The notes: generated by a model from the letters alone, not told the origin. Shown: positions 22,824 to 35,600, numbered from the whole stretch's first letter. The stretch: DNA of 62,175 bases, filler included, from Asterionella formosa (GCA_002256025.1; 20 parts of 20 records of this genome joined end to end with filler, not necessarily neighbours in it); one strand, 5' to 3'. Numbers and translations: made by a program.

Positions 22824-23438
22824 ACGATATATTGAGTGAACCTACACCCCTACTTTGTCCGAAGACTGTACCGGTATTTAAGGATATGGAAAGGGTGTCT
22901 ATTGGTGAAAGCTCCGTTGAGCGTTATACATTTTTAATTTATATGTGTAAAGTACGTGTTTGATTAGTCTGACTCAATATTATTTTATTAACCCTACCTC
23001 GAGCTAGGGGTTCAGATGCAGCAACCTTTTAAGGCAAAGATATATTAATTCTCCCGATATGATTTAAATTATCCTTGAATTCTCTCAAAAATAGTCCTTT
23101 CTAACATTACGCACGTCCGTGATAGGAAATGTCTCACTCTATTTGGGTCCAATGACGTCATTATTCCTTAATTGATGTTGTTGGACAAAATGCTGGGTTC
23201 TGGTTTTTTTCAGTAATGCCATTTTACTGGATTTGATAATATCTTGGTCTTTTGCGATTCTTCGGGAAATTCCAATAATGCACACACATTGAGCACTTGT
23301 CTTTACGGATAAGATTCGGATTATGCCCTGACAGGAAAGGCCTATTGACATTGTTGGATGTAACAGCCAGGTTTCTTTTTTCAATTATTGTGAATTCGCT
23401 AACTTCAGCAGGTCTCCGAATCTGTTCATACCACGATG

Positions 23439-23587
23439 TGATGAGTTGCATTTCAGTTTTACCGGACACCACTTCGACATTTACGTAGGTCAGATATGAA
23501 TTGGCCACATACAATATATTCCACACACGAGTGTACCACAAGACAGAATCCAGAATCCGTTCGTATGCCATACTTGATGTCGAAATT
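23439..23587. repeat. Block-conserved non-coding element; inverted counterpart at 48840-48978
   Basis: Identical 31-mer tgatgagttgcatttcagttttaccggacac plus shared blocks acacwcgagt, gaatccagaatc and cttgatgtcgaaat in the same order. Confidence 0.8.
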
Positions 23588-24960
23588 GGTCAATTCATTA
23601 TAAAATATACGATGCAATTATGAAATCGTGCACGCATTTGTACGGTTCACGCGGTACACATAGCACTCTGGAGTCCGGATTACACTCAATGCACCATCTG
23701 ACTACGGTAAATAGAATTTTGAGTTAACTCGCAGTATCAACATCATGATATTTCGAAGTGGTGTTGGACATGATATCACAACATGACAACAAATAGCAAT
23801 TCAGTTCGAAATCAAAATTCGGTTTGGGCCTGCTAAGATTTATTTGGCACCAAATATTCCAAAATGTACAAATATACTGTTTTGATTTGCTCGGTAATTA
23901 GGTGATCATGATGAACAACTTGTATGAACAAGAAGGGGGACCAGCATTATGTTCTGAATTGTTTGATAAAATCTATGGTCACAATAAAGAAGAAGAAATG
24001 CATACAGTCTGGAAGCAAAGCGAAAATTAATTTGGTGTTAGCTGCTGACTGATTATGTAAACCATCAATTCTACTTGAGTCTAGTAGTTTTGTTCGACAA
24101 AGTATGATCGTCATGAAGAAGAAGATGAATTCACATAAAAAACTGATTTCAATTTGGATCCAGTGATCATTCCATCGAAAACAAACAGTTCGGTCAGGTT
24201 TGTGTTGAACATACTGATGTTATACAGTATAATCTATCAATATACTATGATGAAGATTACTAGTAGTAATGATTAATATGGAAAGCAAAAATCGATTTGG
24301 GTCTGCTGAGAGTTGAACCAGATAAAAAAATTAGATCTCCGTCGACTAGGTTGAAAACAGCTTTGTTGTGTTGGATAATCAAGGGTCATATAATGAAGAC
24401 TAATGATTCATACTATTGAAAGTGAGACTCGGTCTGGGTCTGCTGAGAGGAGGTCAACTCAGTGAAACAATTCAATTTTCGTCCAATAATTTAAACTGCA
24501 AATATGTTCTTTTGAGTACAATGAAAGACTCGACTAGAAATAGAGGAGTACAAATGGGCTATAAAACATACTATCTTTTTTGATTTGTAGGATAATTTCA
24601 TCATCATGAAGAAATTTATTAATTCATGAATTTGAAATCGAGATTCGGTAGCGATTTGTTGTCTTGTTGGATTGCTTGTCTTCTTGAGGGATTCGAAACT
24701 GCTTTCCTTTCAGCAAATTCCAATATTAGATTCACAACATAGTTCCAAGGAGCTGCTGCCATCTGTGAATAAAATTTCCGTTAGATCTAACATTTCACTC
24801 TGCATATGTTTGAAAATTCATTGATACTACACATAAGAGCATATGGTCTAGCGGAAAGATNNNNNNNNNNNNNNNNNNNNNNNNNNNNNNNNNNNNNNNN
24901 NNNNTTAATTAATTAANNNNNNNNNNNNNNNNNNNNNNNNNNNNNNNNNNNNNNNNNNNN

Positions 24961-25535
24961 TTAATGTGGCACGAAATATTTTTGTATTGACAACTGCCCG
25001 TGATTTCTTGGCCTACCTTGGTGATGATGCTACTGGCAACAAGTACTTGACCATATTTACACTGCTTATGCCAGCATCAGTTTTGGGTCTCCCTTTTGTT
25101 GATGTGGCAATAAAGCGATTTGGGTGGCATACTGGTTTTCAAGTTATCAACGTATTGGCAGTTGCTCATGGGATAATTCAAGTGGCAAGTGACAATCTGA
25201 ACGTTCAAGTGCTTGGCTTTGTCATATTTTCTTTTTATCGTTGCTTCCTATTTACTGTGACATTTAGTTTTTTGCCGGTCTTTATGGGCTCTGACGTGTT
25301 GGGCAAAGCTGCTGGACTCCTTATTTTTTTCGCGGGATTCGGCACTCTTATCAACATCCCCCTTGCCAATGTGGCTATTGATGTGTTCAATGGGAACTTC
25401 TTTTGGCCCAATTTATTTTACACCATCCTTATTATTCCATTTATCTATGTTGCATGGAAATTGGAAAAGGGTTTATGTCGAGAGAAGGATGCGAAGGATG
25501 AAAAGATGCCAATACTTGTATTGCCGCCACCTTGA
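24961..25535 (+). CDS. MFS transporter C-terminal half (SLC43/FMP42-like), 5'-truncated
   Basis: About five hydrophobic TM segments; QVLGFVIFSFYRCFLF..FSFLP..G....GKAAG; stop at 25535. Confidence 0.75.
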
Positions 25536-25966
25536 GAAGAAATGCAAAATAATTTCTTCAAAAAAACAAATTTTGCTTGTGAAACACAGTATTGCCTTTA
25601 TTCCTATTTTTGTAAAATGTCAATGTGATGCTGCTCCTGAATGGTTTTCAATGAACCGACAACATAAAATTGCAGTTTAATCCATATCGATCCCTCAGGT
25701 CTCTATTGTTACTGTGAAACAATGGTCACCTCCTGAGTTCCTTTCCTACCAGTAATCAAGAGTCTCAGTATCCATGGGCATTTACAAACAATTTGATTTT
25801 CATTATGAAAATAATTCTACCCATAGAAAGCTCTGGGTATTCCACGTTCTGCAATCATCACTTGATTCCTCCATTTGTGACAATCTATATGATTCCTTAT
25901 CTCATTATTAACTACATGTTGCCTACCAAAAAGGAAGCTCACTTTCGATTTTTTTACAGAATCACA

Positions 25967-26246
25967 TGTATCATTCTGGACATCATTCATGCCTCAATCA
26001 ATTTCCGTCTTCCTTTCCTGTCTCAAGATATGGAAAATTGTGTAGTACATATTCTAAAAGCAAAAGACTGTTCTCGTGGTGAATAATTCCATTGTATGTA
26101 CTGTATGTATCATTCTTGACATCATTCATGCCTCAATCAATTTCCGTCTTCCTTTCCTGTCTCAAGATATGGAAAATTGTGTAGTACATATTCTAAAAGC
26201 AAAAGACTGTTCTCATGGTGAATAATTCCATTGTATGTACTGTATG
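25967..26246 (+). repeat. Near-perfect tandem duplication, 139-bp unit x2
   Basis: tgtatcattct(g/t)gacatcattcatgcc...tgtatgtactgtatg at 25967 and 26106. Confidence 0.95.
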
Positions 26247-26324
26247 CAAAAATGCTTGAATAACAAAAAGCTACCATTGAATGTAGTTGCAATACTTAGA
26301 TTCCGCTCCATTTCTATTTATCTT

Positions 26325-27090
26325 TTAACTCTTGTACGAACCATCATTGGAAGTAACATGGATAGCGCGTTGAAGTTCCTCTAGGGCTTCACAGGCTTCA
26401 ATGGTTTCGACCAAGCATTCGTCACCGATCATGCCTCCTAGAGCATTGGATTGAGAGGAAGCAGCAGCCATTTCCTCAACATCTTCCCAAGCCAAACGAG
26501 CTTCGGCTGATGAGATACCATGCTTTTCTGTCACAGCCTTGGCTGCCTTGAGTGCTGCCTGAAGGGCCGGGCTGTCGGCAGCAGGAGCCACAGGGGCTTC
26601 CTTGAGTTTGACAGCCTGAATTTCGCGTGCCAACGATTTGATTTGTTCAATCTTGGGTCCCTGATCTCTCAAAATAGCGGACAATTCCTCCAGCTTTTGT
26701 CCATACTCCAGACATGCCTCAGTGGGAGCCTCTGCTTCACACTCGTCATCGAGGTTGCCAGCGAAGGAAGCGCTGCGAGAGAGCGAGAGAGGCCGACGGT
26801 GAGAGACCTGCAGGTAACTACAACAAAACGAGGGATCGTATACGCCAATATCATCATTACCTGTTGTCGGAAGCGTCTACTTCTTCCACAGCTTCCCATG
26901 CCAAACGAGCTTCGGGAGAAGCTGCGCCATATTTGGCAGATGCTGCCAACGCCTCAGCGACCAACGAAGATGCATCTGGTCGAGCCGTCACTTGAAGGAA
27001 GGACTTTCCTCGAGTGCCAAAGGAAGTCCGACTAGAAGTAGTGAAGGCACTCGTCGACGAGGCAAGGAGAGCGACAAGGAGGAACTTCAT
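26325..27090 (-). CDS. CP12: Plastid-targeted CP12-like protein with two CP12 modules (exons 27090-26861, 26772-26325; 225 aa)
   Basis: Presequence MKFLLVALLASSTSA-F. Two AWE.VEE motifs, each followed by a Cys pair (DDECEAEAPTEACLEY; DECLVETIEACEA). An 88-nt GT..AG intron (26860-26773) restores the frame. Confidence 0.85.
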
Positions 27091-27450
27091 GGTGCAGAAA
27101 ACGATAAAAGGCAGATTGATAAATGTGCGTTTATGTGATGGGCGTGCGAGATTCGATTGCTTGGTGACGAATGGAAGATCGCAGGTCAACTGGCATGCAT
27201 GTGGAAGAACAAGTAGGGGTTCTCATCACGAACAAATAGGGTTCTCATGAAGCATCGTAACTACAAAACGGCCCGAGAAGATAGCTACTGTATGAGTGGT
27301 GAATTTTACCATACCTGGTACCTGGTACCAGGGTACCAGTACCGGCACAGCGTGTTCCTCCTGTACCGCTGCCTGCTTGCCGACCCAGCAGTGATCGACC
27401 AGCTGTTCTTGATCATCAACTTCATCATACTTTCCTATGTAATGTAAAAA

Positions 27451-27546
27451 CCTGCAAGTTGCGGTTATTTTGCTTTAACTAACATTTTAATCTGGCAAAA
27501 GGATAGCTAAATCTTTAGATTCAGCAAAATAACCGCAACTTGGAGG
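27451..27546. mobile_element. 96-bp MITE with CCT...AGG termini, followed by TA
   Basis: cctgcaagttgcggttattttgct ... agcaaaataaccgcaacttggagg|ta. Confidence 0.8.
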
Positions 27547-27567
27547 TACCTGGTACAGTGTTACCAG

Positions 27568-27975
27568 TGTCAAGAATATATTCTTACCGGTACTGTAGGA
27601 TCAATGGCTGTACAGAACGAGTCACAAGGACTGTGGACTCAACTACAGTCCAATGAGTCAAGTGGTACGTTCCCATATTAAGAACCTTGCTAACGAGATT
27701 GATGTTTTAGATCAATCAGAAGAAGGTTTACATCAACGAAAAGGGAATATGAAGAACAAATTCTCAAAGTTTGATGAATGGATTGAAACTTAATTTAATA
27801 CTTTATGAATCTTATAATTAAGAAACAGTGAAAATTGGCAAAGTAACAAGGTCAATAGTGAAAACCAGCACGAAAGGCTATGTAGCAGCAAAAGATAAGA
27901 CTACTACCAGTAGTAGTACAATATGTAAAAACCCACGTGAGAGGTACCCGTGAGACGGGAAGGAGTGGTAAATGA
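27568..27975 (+). mobile_element. Copia LTR (solo or 5' LTR), same family as 35601-36151; cut by contig end
   Basis: Starts TGTCAAGAATATA and aligns with the reverse complement of about 35780-36151. Confidence 0.85.
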
Positions 27976-28075
27976 NNNNNNNNNNNNNNNNNNNNNNNNN
28001 NNNNNNNNNNNNNNNNNNNTTAATTAATTAANNNNNNNNNNNNNNNNNNNNNNNNNNNNNNNNNNNNNNNNNNNN

Positions 28076-30460
28076 TGTAGTGCATTGCTCCTCTTCCCCC
28101 CCCCCCTGCTCCTAGACTCTTTGATGTTTCAATGATCTGAGGAGTAGGAGCAAAATGAACTAGACGAATAGGATCGTGATCCTCTGGTTCATCTAGAGGT
28201 TCAGGAATAGGACTGGTGGGAGCGTTCCTTTTGCATTTACGATCCTTCATTTTTGTTATTCTGGACTTGAGCGTAAGGTCACCATAAGGTACCTCATCAC
28301 TGTAAGGCTCAGCTGAAGTTTCCTTTCGTGGTCGGACAATATTACGAATGAGTTCAACACCTTTTTCCCAGTTACCATCAGGACATGTCCAAATCCGATA
28401 AGTGAATGCATCTCCATGGTTCCATGCGATACCAACAAACCTTCCTAGAAGAAAGTTTGGGTTGGGGTACTTGGCTGTTGGCTCATAGTAATAGATTGCT
28501 TGCAAGAAGGAAAATCGAAACACAGAAATGTCTGGAATTCTTCCGGAAAGTCTCTCAATGGGAGTCCTCCTATCCAGTCCCTTATGTGCTGAATGATTTA
28601 GGCAATCAATAACCCACATCATGCAATAGCACCAGAACGTCAGTGGAGCTTTTGCCAAGCGTAGAGATAAAATAGTTCGAGATTTAATGTCCCGGATCTT
28701 GAGCTCTGCCTGGTTCTGGTTTTTGTTGTGTGGGACAGAATGGATTTGTTTTGTGATGTTTTCCCGGCTTGTTTTAGTCCACAATGTGCCAGACTGAGTT
28801 TGAGAGTTATCAGTCAACAAAATGTTGGAAGCTCCAACCTCACGTACAAAATCCTGGTATGCTCCATGTGAATGTGCCTCTCTAAACATACAACGTGCAA
28901 ACAGAAATTGCGATGGAATATGAATGAAGAGTTGCACACATGAGTAGTTCCGGATAGACTTGATAGATGAGAAAAACGTATCCGAATCTGTCCTGCCATC
29001 GAGTCGATTAGGATGAAGAGGAATTAGACGCTTCTTTCGATGCTGTCTGGGTGCTTCTCTATTCTCCATTTCAATTGTCTGGGTGCAGAGCTGTGTTGTT
29101 GCTTCGAGTCTTTTCTTGGGTACAATCTCAGTTGAATTTCCAAGACGTTTCTCCCATACAGTTGGCTCCTCTTCAACAATGCTTCCGCGTCCCCTCCTAG
29201 ATGACTGCTTCAACAACTCAGATGAGTTGCTAGGAATTCTGGGTGTCAACCAATGAATTGTGTGGGAGTTTGCTTCTTCGATTGTAGGTAGGCAAACATT
29301 GAATGTAAGAAGTTTTTCATCATCAGTGAACAATTGTTTGATCTGAATGTTGTCAACCTCAATGCATTGCAAACCGCCATCCCGGTCAGAAATGTCATGA
29401 ACAATAACATTATTACGCCTCATCACATGAGTGTTGATCAGTGCTTCTGTTTGTTCTGGTCTTTCATCAAAGGCTGCTCCCCCCAACCCAAGTAAATAGG
29501 TTTCTTTTGTTTCTGGATGTTCATAAGCAGTGACTGCATTGACAATTGGAAGAGTAGGTCCATCCATAATGGCCCCCCAACCATGCAGTTTTGCGCTCTT
29601 GCTCACTTTTTCCAGAACTCTCCATCCGACTCCGCCAATGACCTCAAATTCAGTTCCTCCATCAAGCACAACCCTTGCTGCTTCCCCCGGAATGCGTCTA
29701 TGTCGAAGTACTGGGTTGCGACGTCCCTTATTCTTTTTCCTGGGAGTCTCCTTCTTAGATTTCTCCTTTTGGGTACTTGTTGTAGGATTTCTTTCCTGGT
29801 CACTATCATCTCCATCATCCTCACTGTCTTTGTCATCAGAGTCCTTGATTTTTACATGAGGTGTATCCGTATCGCATAATCCAGAAGCTGAGGTCTTTGT
29901 CCTTCTAGCCTTCTTCTTGCGCTTTCTTGTCTTTGGCTTGTTCTTGGAGTGGCATCCCTTGTCAGATTCGACTGAGTTGTCGTCTTTCTTGTCATCTCCA
30001 TTGGCGCCAGTCAACTCGTCGACAAGAATTGCCCTTCCTTCATTATTCCAGACACTTCTCCACTTAAATAGATATTTCTTGATAGAATTGGATTTAATTG
30101 TATTGAGTAGGTGTGTGGGGAGGAAAGGAATTTGGTTGTCTTTAGATGATTAAGGTGTGGCTCCGCCTTTACTTGTAGAAGTTGTTGCGCGCCTTGCCTT
30201 GGTGGAACTCTCTCATGAGAATCTTTCCAATTCCTGTTCTCTGCTCCAAATACATTGAACACACTCATCAAAATTCTTGTTGTTATGACCACAAAGGTTC
30301 TGAACGCAAACATCATAGTCTTCATCCTCAATTTGATCAAGAAATTTAGTCCGCTTTGTTGCTTCAGTGTAGCCTTCATGTTTATCTTCCAACTTTCGAC
30401 TGCAGAGAATGAACGTGTTTATGTACTCGTTAGCTTTCACCTTATTGGACAGTCGTAACT
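28076..30460 (-). mobile_element. Ty1/copia (CoDi-like) gag C-terminus, protease and integrase; frameshifted gag
   Basis: gag-like YINTFILCSRKLE..FLDQIEDEDY; protease VLDGGTE; integrase DSDTFFS, LLTDNS, PHNKNQNQAE, PLTFWCY, GRFVGIAWNHGD. Confidence 0.9.
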
Positions 30461-30466
30461 CATTTA

Positions 30467-31033
30467 GCCAAGGCCATTGCAGAGGCTCTCAAGGTCAATA
30501 CTGTCTTGACTGAACTTAATCTCGATTATAATTCAATTTTTTATGATATTCAGAAACTTGTTAAAAACAAGAACCGAAAACCAATAGCAGCCAACACAAT
30601 CAAGCCAACATCATCGACAGCAACAACAACAACAAATGCAGCACATCCTTCTTCCCCATCAAAGCCAACAACATTGACAATGCCTAGATGGGAGGAAGAT
30701 GTCAAACGGTTGAAAGCGAATGATCCAAATTTGACTAGACTTATTTTCTGGAGTAATTCAATTGCAATTGGTGTTGACGGAGCCAAGGCCATTGTAGAGG
30801 CTCTCAAGGTCAATACTGTCTTGACTACACTTTATCTCTCTAATAATTCAATTGGTGTTGATGGAGCCAAGGCCATTGCAGAGTCTCTCAAGGTCAATAC
30901 TGTCTTGACTACACTTTATCTCTCTAATAATTCAATTGGTGTTGACGGAGCCAAGGCCGTTGCAGAGGCTCTCAAGGTCAATACTGTCTTGACTGAACTT
31001 AATCTCGATTATAATTCAATTTTTTTGGGTTAG
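30467..31033 (+). pseudogene. Ribonuclease-inhibitor-type LRR repeats (28-aa/84-bp units), truncated by telomere
   Basis: Repeated IGVDGAKAIAEALKVNTVLTTLYLSNNS with a cap RLKANDPNLTRL. The stop codon is supplied by the first telomeric TTAGGG. Confidence 0.85.
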
Positions 31034-31088
31034 GGTTAGGGTTAGGGTTAGGGTTAGGGTTAGGGTTAGGGTTAGGGTTAGGGTTAGG
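31027..31088 (+). repeat. Telomeric repeat (TTAGGG)n at contig end
   Basis: About 10 perfect GGGTTA units, G-strand running 5'->3' toward the contig end. Confidence 0.95.
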
Positions 31089-31439
31089 NNNNNNNNNNNN
31101 NNNNNNNNNNNNNNNNNNNNNNNNNNNNNNNNTTAATTAATTAANNNNNNNNNNNNNNNNNNNNNNNNNNNNNNNNNNNNNNNNNNNNATGAAGTATGCC
31201 AACCGATACAATAGTGGCTGAGATTGAAAAGAAGGAATGATTGCTTTCGAAAGCAAGAGGAAACCCAAACAGTTGGTCTTCGTGGATGAAGACTCTATTT
31301 GTACAGAGTCACAGTTCCACCATCCAGTGTCGTATTTTGCTCCTCATTCTCCCGAAATCGCTGATAATGAAGAAGAACTCAGTGATTCTCATTCATTTGA
31401 TGAACAAATAATGGAGTGTGTGTGGGATGATCATATTTG

Positions 31440-31931
31440 AATTGTTATCAATCTTTATTTGTTTGGTCAACAGTTGACCACCAGCTAATGTTGGTGGAAA
31501 TGAAATATCCATGCGTTTTTTCAAAGTCTGGTAGGATGGAGCTTGATGATAGCTACCTTCCATCAAAATATTTCATTGCTTTTGCCTTGAACAGCCATTT
31601 CATTAGATGATCAAAGTAAACTGGTGGAAGGTAGGTAATTCTCGTTGAGGAATAACATGAGTTCTAATTCAATTGGAGGCATGTTCAGAGAATGTTTACT
31701 TGGAAGTTGAAATTGAGGAGGAAGGGGCATTTCCATTGCATTTTCAGGGAGAAAGCCGGTGCGATCTTGAAAATCTGAATATTGCATGTTTTCTGAATTG
31801 AACCCTTGGAGAGTTTTTAGTCTCAATTGTTCGTCCTGTTGTGACTGAATATTGTTATAAACTGAATCGTCGCTGTCGTCATGAAATGGATGATTGTGGT
31901 CACTTGATTCAACAAGGATAGGACACAACAC
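31440..31931 (-). pseudogene. Degenerate ORF, possibly N-terminus of a Plavaka/CACTA-like transposase
   Basis: ELELMLFLNENYLP then, after a frameshift, FDHLMKWLFKAKAMKY. Weak motif resemblance only. Confidence 0.25.
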
Positions 31932-34900
31932 TCTTCTTTGTCTAATCTCCCTAAATGCTGCAGCAGTTACACTGCCGTCATTTACTTCTTTCCTTTATTG
32001 ATTAGATGCACTACCGCAATACATAGTTTCACTATGTATTCCAGGAACTCGATGTTCCTGTATGCAATGTCGACAGTGACCACATGCATAAAAAACACGG
32101 TTGCTACAATTAGTGACACAGATAACACCATTGCAATGTGCGCAAAGACATTGCAAATTGCAAAAGATGAACAAGTCAGTATATGAAAAGGATAGAATGA
32201 AAATGAATTAATATATAATAATAAATTGAGCGCCACTTCGAACATGCTGTGCTGTAAAATACAGAGTCGTGAAATTATCACTCCACCATAGTAGTAAAAA
32301 TGGAGGTATACCACTACATATAGCTAGTACAGGCGGCACTAATAGTAATAGTAGTATAGAGCAGAATCAATGTTTTCCTATCATCTATGATATGGCTTGC
32401 ATTTGTAGAAGTCTCACACTAACTATAATTATTATGTAACTACTGAGTATGCATTGGATTCCATGAGATCCATTCAAAATCAACATCGTCATCAATGTCC
32501 TGTTGATTAATGCGGTCATTATAATCAATATTCTTTTCAGGAACATTTGATTGAAGTGATTCAACAAATTGATGCATATCCTCTTTACTTACGTTGGGAA
32601 ATGAGAAGTATGAGTGTGGGTAGATGATATTTGTGGTGGGAGTAGCAATTCCACTAGGATTCCTTCCATATTCAGATCGATTCTTTTGTGAAAGTCCAGT
32701 GTAGATTTCCTTAGCTATAATAAATGAGTAAATCATCAGTCCATTGATCAGTAAGACCATTTGAAACTGAACTTTCTTCCCATGCTCACACTTTTTTAAA
32801 TAAGTGGTTTCCCACCAATGTCGAAAAAATCGGTAGAATGACGAATATCGCTAATTCTCTGAAATTTCATGGGTATCTGGATTGAAACCCAAATATTTTT
32901 GTTGTAATCGGAATTTTTCTTTCAGCACGCACCAAGAAGCAAAATGTTTCTGTACTGGCATTGATCAGCGAACCAACAAAACGTGATTGCAATTCACATT
33001 GTGCCCGAAGACTGAGTTGAAATTTGGCTTGGTCACACCAGATTTGTCTCCTGTTCAAAATCCTGCCTATAACAAAATACACCAGAGCAAGAACATCACG
33101 CCAGACTTGGTATACATGGCTTCCCCTGTCAATGTCCTTTGACTGCGCAAAACGATAAAGCGTTAACGCCCACCTAATAAAGTCATCAATATACATAGTC
33201 TGGAAGTTAGCTATATTCTGTTAGACCAGCTGGTGTGTCATGAATTATGTTAGCATTTTTAAATTGAAACATATTTGATAAGAATATAATCCCCGACTCA
33301 AAACATCATGCTTTCGGAGCATCTCCCTGCAAGAACTTACCTAAGATTCCTTTAAATTGATTATTCAATACATTCTGACATTCTCTCAACTTTTCATGTT
33401 GATTTGATGTAATCTAAACGTGCCTTGTTGGTACGTTCAATGGTCTGATTCATTGGAAGTAGCTAGTGCATCAGAACCATTCCATATGAAATCGGCAAGC
33501 TCTGGGTCACTCTCCACTTCTTTGCCTAACTCCGGTTTCACTGTGTGTAGCCGAGTTAGGCAACATTCGGCAAACCAATCCTGTTTGTGATTGGAAATGC
33601 CTTTCATACTACTTGGACCAGATAGGGCGGGATGTTTGATTCTCTTTTGGGAACAGAAAAAAGCACATTTGATTGATATTCTGTTTTACAGTACCTGCAA
33701 TTCACAAACTATAACATCAAACTTACATGTTCACAGGAAAACATCTTGGTCTTGAAAGCAAACAAAACTCAAAACCTTTTTGACAATTGATGGTTTGTTT
33801 CAATTTTAGCTAAGCGGGAACGACGTTCTGATAAGGCTGCTGAAATTGAAGAGTCTTGATAACCTTGTATGGACGAGTTTTGAACCGAATTACGACCTTT
33901 GTAGTGATTGAGTTCATTTACCAATTGATAATATCCTTTGGAAAGTACAAAATGTTTTTCCCTCAGGTTGTTATGTACTTGTTGGTCCGTGCGATTAGAA
34001 ATTTATGATATGGTACCATGTCGTCCATCTGCATCCGGGAGTTATTAATGGCATCATCGACAGGAGCCATTTTTCTTGTATCAACAACTGAAGTAGAAAC
34101 GTCATCATTGCTGTCAGTATCAATTACGGGATTCTTTGTACTAGTAGCTGATGGTGTCCCCATCGTCTCCCAATCGCCGATTGGGTTGCTTTGGATAATN
34201 NNNNNNNNNNNNNNNNNNNNNNNNNNNNNNNNNNNNNNNNNNNTTAATTAATTAANNNNNNNNNNNNNNNNNNNNNNNNNNNNNNNNNNNNNNNNNNNNT
34301 TCCTGAATACCGAAATACAACGATTTTGCATTAATAGCTTCTCAATATTCAATCTTCGTATTTCAGGTCCATAAGCTTCGGCCAAGTGAACTACCGGTAA
34401 CTGATGCTATAACTTGAAAACGAAGAAGTAGATTTACCCAAAAGGAACAGAGTTCGACTTTAAAAAAAAAATAATATATAGCTATATTGATTAATCTATA
34501 TACCGGTACTCAGGAACGAAAATGCTAGTAGGCATTGGATCGAAGTGTCGTAGTGAAAGAATTTAGGGGACTGTTGGTAGATAGACTACTGGTAGAAATT
34601 ATAGATGAAATCATGACATCAGATTATTTGACATGGTGTGAGTTGATGTACTGCCGGTACTACCGGTATTTTAGTCTTTAATCTTCAGGACCAAAAGGAG
34701 GAGTACCGGTACATATGTAAAGATTGACTCATGTTCACAACCAGACTCCTAAGGCTGGTTGCATCAAAAAAATAATTATAGTAGCCCACGTAGAACTGGT
34801 ACAAATATTATCCTTATCTCTATAGGTTTAGGGAATATCACGCCAATTTGTTCGCTTCGATCACTTCACCATGTTGCTCAATATCGCCGCCGTTACTTGT

Positions 34901-35600
34901 GCAAAAGTGATTCCCCGAAGGCTTTTAGAGGCGTTCTTCTAGTCATGAGTGAAACGCTTTTGGGGAATCACTTTTCACATCATATTCAAAAAGTTGTAGC
35001 AATATCAGTTTTGGCTGCTATCAGCGACCCTGCCATTCATGGTATTTGGTTGCCGGTCAATCAATTCAGGGAATATCGTCATGAAAGCACTCCCTTGGCG
35101 ATAATATAAATATTAATGCTAATATATTGATAAGGTATCTCAATAAGGTGTTTACAAATCTCTTTTTGGAAGCAAATGAGGTCGAGATTTCTATAGGCAG
35201 GAACATGATGATATTTCGACATGAGTATCAAACAAAGGAAAAAGTAGGCGATTACTTGTTTATATTACAGGAAAGACGCATCAGCAGTTCCTAAGCTTAC
35301 TACATATGTATATTATCTGAGTGGGAAGATAAATGGAAGAGGCTGATAAGAAGTGGAAATCGGGGTCATGATGGTCGAAAATTATGTGATTGTCATGTGA
35401 TATCATCTAGTGGTAGCTAGTAGTAATTTACCTCGACTATTGGAGAAAGAAGTTTCCTTATTTACTAGTTTTGATTCCAATAATAAAGCTATTATAACTA
35501 GTCTAGTAGGAGAAGAATTGAATTTAAGACAAAGGAGAAGGGAAAGAAGCAATTACTACTAGTACTAGTAGTAAATTTATAATGCTAAAGGCGGGGGGAC

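Noticed and set aside
23805..24660. CRISPR-like repeat-spacer array
   Set aside because: The repeats are too degenerate, the spacing too long and irregular, there are no cas genes, and the context is eukaryotic.
32385..34199. Scattered minus-strand ORF remnants
   Set aside because: Multiple stops and no identifiable motif; a call cannot be supported.
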